A stretch of DNA of 64,000 nt from Felis catus (Eukaryota), in assembly GCF_018350175.1 (NCBI RefSeq), contig NC_058369.1, positions 6,698,001 through 6,762,000 on the forward strand, in the 5' to 3' direction. Shown here piece by piece: positions 13,201-25,934 of this stretch. The position numbers and the translations under genes are program-made. Positions within the stretch are counted from its first letter, which is position 1. Each line of letters begins with the position of its first letter. The notes under the pieces were generated by a model, which saw nothing but the letters and a program-made list of their open reading frames with translations, made no database searches and was not told the origin of the DNA.

Positions 13201-13424
13201 TGTGAATGCTCCATGGCTCTTCTTATCCAAGTAACTTAAGACCTTTATTGGACAGCCACCTCTTTCAGGAAGCCCTCTCAGATACACTCAGCCAGAGGGG
13301 ATGCCTTCCATCTGAATTCTTGGAATTCCATTCGAAGCCATTTATGCATCTTCTAGTTGCCATGTTTAGGCCCTCACCGCCAGGTGAACTTGCCTGTAAC
13401 TGTTGTGAGGGAGGGGAGTCTCAC

Positions 13425-13492
13425 CTGAGCAAGGTCAGTCTGCAGCCAGAGTACCGTGGGCCAATACTGGTGTTCTTGAACAAGGGACCAAG
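13425..13492 (-). CDS. MUC16: MUC16 SEA repeat 2 exon B (68 bp)
   Basis: LGPLFKNTSIGPRYSGCRLTLLR. Confidence 0.94.
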
Positions 13493-13588
13493 CTGGGGAG
13501 GAAGGAGAGAGAGGTGAGCATGAGGGGCTGAGGTCACTGGGTGGGGTAAGGACAAGGCAGGCCAGGGGAGGCATTGTGGGGCTCTTAC

Positions 13589-13713
13589 CAGGCGATTCAG
13601 GGCCCTCTCAGTGGAATTGAACTTCATGGAGCCTGGGTGCCTCATGTCTGGGGTGCAGAGCAGGTTGGTGATGGTGAAGTTGAGGGTGAATGGCACCAGG
13701 GCTGGGCCCACAA
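13589..13713 (-). CDS. MUC16: MUC16 SEA repeat 2 exon A (125 bp)
   Basis: VGPALVPFTLNFTITNLLCTPDMRHPGSMKFNSTERALNRL. Confidence 0.94.
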
Positions 13714-14373
13714 CTGCAGCCGGAGGGAAGGAGAGAGAGGAGACCCATCACAGTTATAGGCCTGAGCTATACATTAGGGGGAAGGGACTAGTGCCATCTC
13801 TCTGTCCAATAGTGTCCCGTAGGTGAGGCCTGAGATATCCCATCTGGGATACCTCCCTCCTCGGCCAGCCAAGGGAGGACCTCCATGTTAGATGTGTCCT
13901 GTCAGCTCAAGAGGAAACCTCAATCTTCTCATCCCAGAGTGTCCCCAAAGGCTGACCTGTCACGGACATTTTGGTGGCAAGAGGAGACACCAAGACCTTT
14001 TGTGCTCAGATCATGGGCCACAAATTTCTTGAGAAGTCAAGAAAGCCAAACGGTAGTAATTTCCATGAAGGAAACGATCATAGAGATAGAGATTAGATCC
14101 CACCTGTGTGTGGGATATGGGGACATGATGCTACTTTATAGGAGGAAGTCTGAGCAAAAGCCAGCTGAGCTGAATCTGGAGGACAACGGGAAATCAGGAA
14201 CAGAGCTGAGTTCCCATTACATAAGAGCAAAGGCGCTGAGGATGGGACGATGTTTGGTCCCTGAAACAGAAACAAGGCTGGTATTGCCAGAGATGGGGGA
14301 GCACAGGAGACAGGCTGGAGATCAGCCAGAATGGGAGTTGAAGTTTCATGGGACTCAGAGATCAGACTCCTAC

Positions 14374-14439
14374 CTGTAGAGCTGGGGGTGGGGTGCAGAG
14401 ATATCGATGGTCCTGGAGAAAATGTGGAGGTCACCAGAG
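14374..14439 (-). CDS. MUC16: MUC16 repeat 1 exon E (66 bp)
   Basis: TLVTSTFSPGPSISLHPTPSST; AG/GT flanks. Confidence 0.92.
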
Positions 14440-14644
14440 CTGAAAGAAAACACAACATCAACATAAATCATGAAGCAGTAAGAGGACAGGGCTGTTGATG
14501 GGAACTTGTGTCTCTAATTGGTGGTCTGGAGCTGCTCTGGGGCTGAGAATCTGGGAGTGGGATACGTGGGTACTCTCCCTTGGGAATGGATGCAGGGAAG
14601 AAGTGTCCCAGGGACGCAGGGACATCTGGGCCCTTGTGACTTAC

Positions 14645-14680
14645 TGCTGGTGGTGGGGGTCCAGTACTGATGGTTATAAC
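14645..14680 (-). CDS. MUC16: MUC16 repeat 1 exon D (36 bp)
   Basis: GYNHQYWTPTTS; ctctctgcag| and A|GTAAGT. Confidence 0.92.
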
Positions 14681-15662
14681 CTGCAGAGAGAGCCAGAGAG
14701 GAAGAGGAAGTCAATGGGAGGAGGTGGAGAAAAGGGTGAGGGGTAGGACTTGAAACATGGACACAGACCTTCTCCAGTGCTTTCTCTGAGACTCATCAAA
14801 GATAACGATGGCTGCTCTTTATGAGTTAACTGCCTGGTACTCCAATGCTCAGGACTGTTTCATCCTCTGTATCATTAACCACAAAGACCACAATAATCAA
14901 AATACCCCCCACCTTGTGGGGGGTTCATGAGGTGCCGGAAGCAACAGCAACCTCATCAGATGAGTCATAGGAACAACAGCTTTATTTGTTTCCAGCCTTA
15001 TGTGTGTTTTCTCCACCAATTAAATATAACTTTGTCCTTGATCTCTGAGTTTTTCCTACTTCTCCGGTTTTCAGAAACAGCTTGATTTTTGACACAGTTC
15101 CTGGATTTCTGTAATGTTGAATGAGGGAGAGAGTGAGATAGACAGACAGACTGGGGAGTCAGCCAGAAAGCATCAAGTTGGAGAATAAGAGGGAGTAGGG
15201 AAAAGAGGGTTTGAATAAGTATGGTTCTGGGTCATAGATTGGATCCTCTCTGAGGCTTGGTAAGCAATGCAAGTAAAACTTAGACTTATTTTATATCTGA
15301 TGGTCTGAGTAGGTTTCTTGAAATGAAACTCTTCTCTGAGACTGGACCCAGTAGAGGGAGCCCTGTGCTTTACTTACATTACTCAGGTTTTATCCCAGTT
15401 GACCTTTACAATAAGCTTAGGTGAGGGTTTTAAAAATTCCATGCTAAAAACAGACACTTCAGGGCCATAGGGGGAGCAAAAAAACAGGACCAGCACTTAA
15501 AGAAAGACCTGTAAATCACCCAAACCCACACTGTCAACTACAACTTTAAGTAACTCTCAAAGACTATTGAAATACAATACAGATTTTAATCCAGATAGAA
15601 AGAAAATGTCAAAGGCAATCCACAGGGGACATGATTGAGCTTTAGTTTAAATTGTCGTGTTT

Positions 15663-15890
15663 GGGGCGCCTGGGTGGCGCAATCGGTTAAGCGTCCGACT
15701 TCAGCCAGGTCACCATCTCGCAGTCCGTGAGTTCGAGCCCCGCGTCGGGCTCTGGGCTGATGGCTCGGAGCCTGGAGCCTGTTTCCGATTCTGTGTCTCC
15801 CTCTCTCTCTGCCCCTCCCCCGTTCATGCTCTGTCTCTCTCTGTCCCAAAATAAATAAAAAACGTTGAAAAAAAATTAAAAAAAAATAAA
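15663..15890 (+). mobile_element. Young, CpG-rich CAN-SINE (SINEC_Fc-like)
   Basis: Intact CpGs; target-site duplication aaattgt(c/t)gtgtt. Confidence 0.95.
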
Positions 15891-16648
15891 TTGTTGTGTT
15901 AGAGGCTCCTTGATATGCCTTCCCATCCTGAGATTTGAGGCTTGTTCTAGCTGGGTTAGTCTGCAGTGTAGCTTTGTAGTTGGGGTCCCTTCTGGGGGCC
16001 TTAGAGCCAATTTAGGGTTTGCGTCATGATGTTACCATTTATATAAGGTTTCTGATCTTGGGATAAATAGATGTCCTTCCTTGATCCTTGTTTGCTCCTC
16101 TGTAAAATGTACGTAATGCCTCACAGAGTGCTGGACAGGATTAGTAAGACACAATACACACAATGTTCCAGATCACAGGCATCCCTCAATAAATATTAGC
16201 CTTTAGTGCAGGCGTTACTGTGGGTTTTGTTGCTAAGAACGTTGATGCAGAGGGATTTATTGCTAAAAACATTGCTAACAGCTTTATTGTTTGCTTCTCA
16301 GGTGGTTTGTAGTTCTGCCTGGCCCCTGGAAGATGAGTAAAGGGCCACAAGCTGTTATAACAAAGAGAAAAAAGTGGATCAGTCCCCACTTTGGGAACTC
16401 GTAGCCTGTTGGGGAGGAGTTAACGTCAACAGCCACTGCAGGCTTGCTTTGTCCTCTTCCTTCCCTGACGCTGGGTTTCTGTGAAAGGTCACTGCAATGA
16501 GAGACTACGGAGAGAGCCTTTATTTCCAGACCTTGGAAGTTGTTCTGTGAGCATAAGGTGTTGTAAGTTTGAATCACTATACTGTACATCTGAAACGAAT
16601 GTAACACCGTAATGTTAACTAACTGGAATTAAAATAAAAACTTAAATT

Positions 16649-16870
16649 AGGAGCACCTGGCTGGCTCAGTTGGCTAAGCGTCCGACTTTGGCTCAGGTCA
16701 TGATCTCGTGGTTCCTGGGTTCGAGCCCCACGTCAGGCTCTCTGCTGACAGCTCAGAGCCTGGAGCCTGCTTCGGATTCTGGGTCTCCCTCTCTCTCCAT
16801 CCCTCCCCTGATCATACTCGGTCTCTCCCTCTCAAAAATAAATAAACTTAAAAAAATTTTTTAATAAAAA
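16649..16870 (+). mobile_element. CAN-SINE inserted in the tail of a short L1 3' fragment (~16550-16648)
   Basis: Direct repeat aataaaaacttaaa on both sides. Confidence 0.9.
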
Positions 16871-17294
16871 CTTAAACTAAAAACATAAAAACAAATAATA
16901 GTAGGACTTAGAGAAGAATTAAACGAGCATGGATGTTCACACTGCTGATCTTGGAGGGGCCCCGTTTAGGCACCCAGAAGACTGTAGCGGCGACAGATTT
17001 ATCAGCATTCACAAGAAAAGCTGTGACAGAAAAGGCGAGAATATCTAAAGGAGGTAACATTCACAGACAAAAGTTCGCATGAATGAAATATTCAGAGATA
17101 AATCACCACACTGAAAGCACACAGGGCAAAATGCTGGAATCTGATGGAAACTTAGGAAGCGATATGACAGTTCACCCTGGTACAGAAAAAGAGGTGCTTT
17201 GTATTATAGATAATGTGATGGGAAAAAGGCAAGTGCAGGTCCTAAGAATTTTCCAAAAGAAAAAAAAAAAGTTTTGTTCTCAAAGTTTCTAATG

Positions 17295-17498
17295 TTAAAT
17301 TTTTTTTTTAATGTTTATTTACTTTTGAGAGAGAGGGGGGCGGGAGGGGCAGAGAGAGAGGGAGACACAGATCCAAAGGAGGCTCCAGGCTCTGAGCTGT
17401 CAGCACAGAGCCTGACGCGGGGCTCAAACTCATGAACCGTGAGATCATGACCTGAGCCGAAGTCAGATGCCCAACCGACTGAGCCACCCTGGCGCCCC
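17295..17498 (-). mobile_element. CAN-SINE with target-site duplication caaagtttctaat
   Basis: Flanking direct repeat at 17281 and 17498. Confidence 0.93.
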
Positions 17499-17775
17499 AA
17501 AGTTTCTAATATTTAAAATGACAGGTTATTAAATATTAGTTTTACGGAAAAAAAAAAGAAGAAGAAGAAAGGAGGAAAGGAAAGAAGGAAAGAAGGAAGG
17601 GAAGGAGGTCGAAAGGGAGGGAAGAAAGCTCTGTAGGTGTTCTGAGGAAAGAGAATTCCCCCATGGAAATTCTAGGTTGGCCCAGAACTATGAACCTGGG
17701 TACTGAGAAATTGCACTGCAAGGAGACCCCATCTGGGACTTGGGAGGAGACCCCAACAGCAGTAGAGGTTCTCAC

Positions 17776-17948
17776 CATTGACACAGAGACTGTTCCTGTC
17801 CAGGGTGTAGGGGCCCAGCTGAGTGATGCCATGGGTCTGCTGGCTTAGCTCCTGGTAGAGCTGCTCTCTGTCCAGCCTGAAGCCAGTGGGATCTGGGCGG
17901 TAGGTACAGACTGCATCTATCCTGGTGCTTGTCCCATCCTTCTCAGCC
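17776..17948 (-). CDS. MUC16: MUC16 SEA repeat 1 exon C (173 bp)
   Basis: AEKDGTSTRIDAVCTYRPDP...YTLDRNSLCVNG; AG/GT flanks. Confidence 0.93.
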
Positions 17949-18744
17949 CTGCGGAAGGAAGGGCACGGGAATAGGGACATGCAAAGACACTGGAGAGTTG
18001 GCTACTCTTGACAGCTCCTTCCTTCAATTGTACCCCTTGATGTTTATGTTAGCACTCTTCTCTGGGTTTCATCTGCTTTCTCAAACACATCTTTTTCTGT
18101 CTCATATGGGGACCACCTCACCTTCTGAAATGTACTGTTCTCCAGGGCTGCTCCATACCTAGTCTTCTGCTTTTGCTCCCCAATCTTTTCTTTACTGGTT
18201 CATGCTCATTGTTTCAACTACCAGCAGCCAGTACAGTCCCTGTCCACTCAAGAAGGTAAGTACAGGTGACATCCCCTCCAGTAAGAGCTGAGTCCTGCTT
18301 GGGCCATGGGATTGGGGGTGTGGAGCTCCCAGGGAGGAAATGAGAATCCTGAACCCAGGCAGCATGACTGAAGACCTTGGAGGAGGTGAGTGAGTCACCT
18401 CTGTGTCTGGCTGTGACTCTGTCTTAACAGCCATCATGGAGCCTGAAGGGAAGACTTTGTTTCAAGTTGGTGAACTCCAAGGCTGAGGCCAACCCCTTGG
18501 GAACACCTTTGGAGCAGACAACCAAATTTTGAGGAAAACAAAAACAGAGAAAATGACATAAGAGGTAATAAGGGGCAATGTGGTTCAAAAATACTTTTGT
18601 CCTGAATTTAAGCTGCATCTATAGTGATTCATCCAGACTGGGGGCTTTACAAGAAGAGAGATCCCCTCTCTTCCTTGTCTGGGAGTTCTCGCTATTGCCC
18701 ACGCTAGTCAAAGCATTCCCATTTGATGCTCATCTAGGGTAGGG

Positions 18745-19380
18745 CAGTGGTTCTCAAAGTGTGGCTCAGGGACTCCTGGGCTTCCCAAACTCTTAACAGG
18801 GAGCCCACCAAGTAAAAATATTTTCGTATTCATACCAAGACGTTATTTTCACTTTTATTCTCTTAGGAGTACACAGTGAAATTTTTTTTCCAGAGGCTAT
18901 GAGATGAAATATTGTAAAAGATTAAATGCAGAAGCAGAGGAGGGCCTGGCTGGCTTTGTCAGAAGAGTATATGACTCTTGATCTCGGGGTCATGGATTCA
19001 AGCCCTGTGTTGGGTGTACCAATTACTAAAATAAATAAATAAACTTTAAAAAATGCAGAAGCAGACAGCCTACTGTCTTTTACTAAAACAAGCATTAAAA
19101 ATATCTACAAAAATGTAAACAATGGTCCTCTTCTTGTTATGCTTTTTTTGGGGCGAGGGGAGAGGGGAAACATGGCTATTATTCATAAAAATAATGTTAT
19201 TTGTGTTAACACATAATAGGTTTGTTATTTTAAATAAATGAATGTATTAATATAGTGTTTGTCTTAATTTTGGATCCAGTAAATACTGGCAGATACAACC
19301 CCCAAGCCCAAAGGCTCTTTGGAGTTCTGAGTACTTTTAAGGATGTAGGTTGTTGAGCCCAATGACCTTGAACACTGCTG
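18745..19380. mobile_element. Non-autonomous hAT-Charlie element interrupted by a short SINE (18940-19050)
   Basis: cagtggttctcaaag...ttgaacactgctg termini; SINE flanked by duplicated aaatgcagaagcaga. Confidence 0.7.
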
Positions 19381-19866
19381 TATCGTGGTTAAAGGGAGGG
19401 ACTCAAGAACTGGAACCTGTGGGTTCAAATCCTGGCTCCTCTCAAGTACTTGACTACTCTGAGCCTCAGTGTTCTCTTCTGCAATGTGGGATAATAATCG
19501 TGTTGTAAAGATGAGATGAACGAAAACATGTACCTCACGTAGATTCTCGGTGGCATGTTGTATGGGCAATATCACCTTATTGATGCCCCCATCTCATGGG
19601 GAGATGGGGGCAGGTGTGGTGGGTGGAGCTCATTTAGGATGGCTTTAGTCTATAACACTTGGTTGTAGGAGCACAGAGAGGTTATGCAACTTGCCCAAGG
19701 TCACACAGTTAACAAGTGAGAGATCAAGGGTTCAAACCTAGAAACTTTGGATTCACTATGATATACTGTCTCTTGGCAAAGGCCCAAGGCTGTGGTTGAC
19801 TGAGACGTGAAGGACCAAGAAGAGAGAGAATCGGGGTATCTGTAGGTGCTTTGGAAGAAGACTCAC

Positions 19867-19934
19867 CTGAACAAGGTCAGCCTGCAGCCATCATAGAGGG
19901 AACCAACACTGCTGTTTTCGAACAGAGTCCTGAG
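19867..19934 (-). CDS. MUC16: MUC16 SEA repeat 1 exon B (68 bp)
   Basis: LRTLFENSSVGSLYDGCRLTLFR; AG/GT flanks. Confidence 0.92.
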
Positions 19935-20028
19935 CTGGGAACAAATGAGAGAGTGATGAGCCGGAGGGGCCAAGATGGCAGGGTGTGGAGGGCTTGGGAT
20001 GAGATGAGCATTGGTGGGGGGCTCTCAC

Positions 20029-20153
20029 CAGGTGCTGCAGGTGTCTCTCAGTGGCAATGAATATCTCAGAGCCCGAGTTCCCCATGTCCTCGGTGTAGTG
20101 CAGGCTGGTGATGGTGAAGTTGACAGTAAAAGGCATCAAGAAAGGGGCTGCAG
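20029..20153 (-). CDS. MUC16: MUC16 SEA repeat 1 exon A (125 bp)
   Basis: AAPFLMPFTVNFTITSLHYTEDMGNSGSEIFIATERHLQHL; AG/GT flanks. Confidence 0.92.
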
Positions 20154-20320
20154 CTGTGGTGGTGGAGAGAGTAAAATGAGGTCAGTCCCGAGTCAGGCCT
20201 GGGCTGGCGGTGTGAGGTAAGGCTCTGAGGACACACCTTAACTCCAGCACCTAGCCGGGGCTTGGCCTAAGCTGTCCTTTTTGAGAACACATCATGTCAA
20301 CATTTAAGACCCTCCCACAT

Positions 20321-20426
20321 AGGGTGACCAACCGTCCCAGTTTTTCCAGGACCATCTGGGTTGCTGGGATGCTGACTTCCAGCTGGAAAAGTGATATAGA
20401 CTTGGGAAAACCAAGCTGGTCACCCT
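20321..20426. mobile_element. Short hAT-Blackjack-type MITE (MER81/MER94-like)
   Basis: Perfect 10-bp terminal inverted repeat agggtgacca...tggtcaccct. Confidence 0.7.
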
Positions 20427-20709
20427 CCTGCCACTTCCCCTTGGCTCTTAACCATTTCAGCATGCAATAGCACCTGTATCTCTTTGTTGCAAGGGAATGA
20501 ACAGGCCCCAGGGAGCATCCTGCTAGCAATGATTGATGGGAGTTGGCGGATACATATCCCAGCTCCCTAACCCGCTCCCCAGAGAGGAGGACTCCAAAGT
20601 TCACATTCTATGCATTCTCCTGGGGTTCCCCTCCAGCCTCCAGACCTGATAAATTTCTACCATTGGAGGCAGCCGGTGTGTGATACCTCACTGCTATTGT
20701 TCTAACGAA

Positions 20710-21258
20710 CTAGCACACCACACGACCATACTCCAAAGAACTGGAAACGGACTCAAACAGATCTGTGCATACCCATGTGCATAGTTGCACTATCCACGGT
20801 AGCCAAAAGTTAGAAACAGCATGAGTGTCCATCAATACATGAATGGACAGATAAAATGTGGCCCATCCATACAATGGAATGTCATCCATCCATAAACAGA
20901 AATGAGGTTCTGATGCACACTGCAACATGGATGAACCATGAAGACACTGTGCTCAGTGAAATAAGTCAGACACAAAAAATCAAATACACTGTGTGATTCC
21001 ACATACATGGGATATCTAAAGTAGGCTAATTCAAGAAGACAGAAGTGGATTAGAGTTACCAGGGGCTGAGGGGAGTGGGGAAAGAAAGCTAATGCTAATA
21101 GGGACACAGATCCCATTGGGAGTGATTAAAGGTTTTGGAAAAAGGACAATATTCATATAATACTGCGAATGAAATTAATGCCACTGAATTATGCATCTAA
21201 AATGGTTAAAATAGCCAATTCTATATTATATACACATTTTTACCACCGTAAAAAAAAA
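20710..21258 (+). mobile_element. L1M (L1MB-like) 3' fragment
   Basis: gtgtccatcaatacatgaatggac, aatgccactgaatt...aaaatggttaaaat motifs and A tail. Confidence 0.85.
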
Positions 21259-21269
21259 GTCATTCTTAC

Positions 21270-24200
21270 TTGTTTCTGAAGTCACACTCAGAGAGGTCAG
21301 GGTGGACATCCCAGGTGAGGTCTCAGGGACAAAGGGACTTGCCACAGATGTATTGAAGGTGGCTGTGGTCTCCGCCATGATGGGGCCTGAGCCTGTGGCA
21401 GCTAAATTAGTGGTCTCAGGAGTTGTGGTTTTCAGCATAGCAGTTGGACTCGATCCGTCTCTGTGACTGGTTTTAGGTGGTGTTGGGGTCTCTGATGCTA
21501 TCAAGGTCACAGTGTCCCCTGTCACAGTCTTGGACAATTCCAGTTCAACTGAGGTCACAGGTGGTGAGGGTTCTGTGCTCCAGGAAGTTAAGGTATGAGA
21601 CTCACCAGTGGTTTCAGGGGTACTGACAGGCCCAAGAACACCAGCAGTCAAAGTTGGGCCACCTGTGCTGGCCTCTGATGCAGGGCTGGTGGCCAATAAG
21701 CCTGTGGTCTTCAATAACACAGGGGAAAGAGTTGACGTTGAAATAGTTGTGATGTCTGTGCCAAGATGGGTGGAGAGTGAGGCTGTTTCTACAGGAACAC
21801 CAGGTGAGACTGTTGGACCCAGATCAACTCTGCTGGTCTCCGTCATGGATGTGGTGAAGGCTGTTGTCTCTGGTAGACCGAGGGAAACAGTCCGAACTGG
21901 AGGAGCTGTACTCATCTCCAGCTCAGGTTGGACGGAGAGTGAGGCTATGGTCTCTGGTAAATGAGGAAAAGCAGTTGAACCAGGAAAATGTGTACTTGTC
22001 TTTGCACTGGGGTGGGTGACCAATAAGCCTGTGGTTGCTGGCTCACCAGGAGAAAGAGTCAGACTTGGAATAGTCATATTGGCATCTGTCTCAGAAATAG
22101 GAACGTGAGAGGTCACCATATCTGGTGCACCAAGGGAGACAGTTGGAGTTGGAACCACTGAACTGGTTTCTTCCCCATGGCTGGTGGCTATTGACTGTGT
22201 GGTGTCTGGTTCACCTTTGGAAAAAACTGTAGTTGTTTTGGGGACAGTTGGGCTAGTTTCTTCAGAATGAGTGACTGATGAGACTGTTGTATTTGTCTCC
22301 TTAGGAGAAATAGTCAGAGTTGGAACAGCTGAACTGGTTTCTGTCCCAGAATGGGTGACCCATGAGGCTGTCATCTCTGCCTTTTGTGGGGAATCAGTCA
22401 GAGTTGTAAACATTGTACTGGCTTCCACCCCAGAACTGGTGACCAGTGAGGTCACCAGCTCTGGCACAGTAGAGGAGACAGGTGGAGCTGGAATGGCTGA
22501 GCTGGTCTGGATCTCAGAATAAATGATTGTTGAGGCTGTGGTCCCTGGCTCACCAGGAAAAAGATTCAGAGTGGGAATGACTGTACTGGCCTCTTTCTCA
22601 GAACTAGTGACCTGTGAGGTCACCATATCTGGTACACCAGGGGGGACAGTTGGAGTTGGAACAGCTGAACTGGCTTCTGCCCCATGGCTGGTGGCCATTG
22701 TGTATGTGGTATACAATTCACTATGGGAAACATTGGGAGTTGTCCTGGAAACTGTTGGGCTGGTCTCTGCAGGATGGGTGACCAATGAGACTACTGTATC
22801 TGGCTCCCCAGGGGAAGCAGGCAGAGTTGGAACAGCTGAACTGAACTCTGTCTCAGAATGGGTGACCCATGAGCCTGTGGTCTCCATTTGACCTGGAGAA
22901 AGAGTCAGAGTTGTAAAAGCTGTACTTGTCTCTGGCCCAGAACTTGTGGCCAGTGAGATTTCTACCTCTGGTACACCAGGGGAGATGGTCAGAGTTGGAA
23001 TGGCTGAACTTGTCTGTGCCCCAGAACTGGTAGCTATTGAATGTATGGTATCTGATTCACTGTAAGAAAAATTGGGTGTTGCCTTGGGAATAGTTGAGCT
23101 GGTCTCTGCAGGATGGGTGACCAATGAGACTGCTGTATCTGGCTCCTCAGGGTAAGAAGTAGGCAGAGTTGGAATAGCTGAACGGGCTTCTTTCTCTGAA
23201 AAGGCGACCCATGAGGCTGTGGCCTCCAGTTCATGCAGAGAATCAGCCAGAGTTGAAAAAGTTGTACTCGTCTCTACCCCAGAACTGGTAACCACTAAGG
23301 TCACCAACCCTGGTATGCCTGGTGAGATAGTTGTAGCTGAAAATGAACTGACTTCTGCCCCGGGAGTGGTGGCTGTTGAGAGTGTGGTACCTGATTCACT
23401 ATGGGAGAAATTTGGAGTTATTCTGGAAACAGGTGTGCTGGTCTCTGAGGAATGGGTGACCTGTAAGGCTGTCTCTGATTCATGTGGGTAATCAGTCAGA
23501 GTTGGAAAAATCGTACTTGTCTCTGCCTCAGAATTAGTGACCAGTGAGGTCCCCACTCCTGATACACCAGGGGAGAAGGTCAGAGTTGGGATGGAAGAAC
23601 TGGTCTGTGCTCCAGGATGATTAACCCATGAGACTATGTTCACTGGTTCTCCAGGAGGAAGAGTCAGAGTTGAAATAACCATACTGGCATCTGTCCCAGA
23701 GCTAGTGGCCTGTGAGGTCACCATATCTGGTACGTCAGGGGAGATAGGTGTAGTTGGAACAGCTGAACTGGCTTCTGTCTCAAGGCTGGTGGCTGTTGAG
23801 GGTTTGCTATATGATTCACTATGGGAAACACTGGGGGTTGTCCTGGGAACTGTTGGGTTGGACACTGCAGGATGGGTGACCAAGGAGACTGTTGTGTCTG
23901 ATCCATACAGGGATTCAGTCAGAGTAGAAAAGGTTGTACTGGTGTCTGTCCCAGAACTAGTGGTCTGGGAGGTCACTGTAGCTGGCACACCAGATGAGAC
24001 AGTCACTGTTGGAATGGCTGAACTGGCTTCTACCCTAGGAGTGGTGGCCATTGAGAGTATGGTGTCTAATTCACTTTGGGAAAATTTTGGAGTTATTCTG
24101 GAAACACGTGTGCTATTCTCTGTGGAATGAACCCACAAGGCCGTTGCATCTGGCTCACCAGGGGAAACAGTTGAAGTTGCAACAGTGGAAATGGCTTCTG

Positions 24201-25190
24201 TCCCAGGAGGGGTGACCCATGAGGCTGTTGTCTCTGGTTCATGTGGAGAATCAGTCAGATGTGTAAAAGTTGTATTGGTCTCTGCTCCAGAACTGGTAAC
24301 TGGTGAGATTCCCACCCCTGATACACCAGGGGAAATGGCTGGAGTTGGAATGGCTGAACTGGTCTGTGCCCCAGGATAGGTAACCAATGAGGCTGCTGCA
24401 TTTGGCTCACCAGGGGAAGTAGTCGCAGTTTGATCGGTTGGGCTGGTCTCTGCTCCAGAACTAGTATCCATTGAGGTCACCAGCCCTGGCTCACCAGGAA
24501 GGACACTTGGAACTGGAATAGATGAACCGCTCAGTGCCCCAGGTTGGGTGACCCATGAGGTGTTGGTCTCTGGTTCATCTTGGGAGTCAGTCAGAGTTGA
24601 AATAACTGTGCTCATCTCTGCCCCAGGACTAGTTACCAGTGAGGTCACCATTTCTGGTACACCAGGAAAGACAGTCAGAGTTGGAACTGCTAAACTGACT
24701 TTTTCCCCAGAACCAGTAGCTGTCGGGGGTGTGCTGTCTGATTCGCTGTGGGAAACACTCAAGGTTGCCCTGGAACCAGTCAAGCTGGTCTCTGCAGAAT
24801 GAAAGGCTCGTGAGGTTGTGGTCTCTGGCTCACCAAGGGAAACAGCCAGAGTTGAAGAAGCTGGACCGTTCTCTGCATCAGAACTAGGGACCAGTGAGGG
24901 TGTAGTCTGTGAGCCTCTATTGAAAACAGATGGGGTTGTCCTGGGAACTTCTGTGCTGGTCTCTGCTCCAGGTATGGTGGCCAATGAGGCGGTCATCTGT
25001 AGAACATCAGAGGAAATATCTGGGGTTGAAATGATCGTTCCTCTTGTGCTTGTGCTGGTCACCTTGCCTGATGTCCTGAGGAGAGTCCATGTTCCCGAAG
25101 CGGGGGTAGAGACAGTAGTGGTCAGAGTTGCTGTAGAGGTGGTCTTCAGAGCTGTGGTCTCTGCTCTCTCCATCCAGTCTGTTGGTAGTC
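21270..25190 (-). CDS. MUC16: MUC16 PTS exon, 3921 bp, with degenerate short repeats (SSAIPTLTVSPGEPETTASLVTHP-like)
   Basis: 1328-aa ORF trimmed to acceptor attcacag|GA CTA and donor ACAA|GTAAG; phase 1-1. Confidence 0.93.
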
Positions 25191-25934
25191 CTGTGAATTG
25201 GGGGATGGACACATAGTTTGCACAAAATAATTGCCACTTCCTGGACTAAACGGAGAGAAATGTCTCTGCCTGGGGTATATGCTTCTGGAACAGGAGAAGG
25301 AATTGTCAGAGGCATCCCCGCACCTTCCCTTTCTCGTGTGGCACTGTAACTCCATGAATTCTTAACCACTCCTTGTTCCCAAACATTTTCTGTACTCTCC
25401 AGCCCCCGAGCCTTTTCTTAAGGCTGTTTCTCTTGTCTGCCTCATCCATCGTTCATCAGATTCCTTACATTCTGCCCTTCTTCAAACCCTAGCATGAACC
25501 TACCTTTACAAATCCATGTCAGAATTCATCTTTCCCTTCTCGATATTTCCTTATCCTAATGTCTGAATCGGCAGAGTGGCACTCCTCACAGTCGGCTTAG
25601 TAAGAGCTATTCGTAGCCAGAAGACTGCTTGGCATACAGTAGGTGCCCACAAATATTTGCTGAATAAATGAGTGAGTGAATGAATGGATACATAGATGGA
25701 GGTATGCAAAGAGAGATGTCTTCTCTGGCTTGAGAGAGATCAGGTATCATTGTGCTCAAGAGCTTGGGCTCCGTTAGAAGGTGGTCCTGCACTCAGATTC
25801 CGACTCCCCCACTAAATGGATGTGTTACCAAACCTTGCTGGACTTCCATATTCTCATCTGTAAAGTAGGTATAAGTACAGTGGCCATCTCAGAATGCTGA
25901 TAAAAATTCACCAAGCACGGTGCCTGGCTCAAAT

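Noticed and set aside
20160..21260. Possible 36/66-bp mini-exons between the 3.9-kb exon and SEA1
   Set aside because: No GYNH/TPVT-like open segment with AG/GT flanks seen; interval is mostly L1 and a MITE
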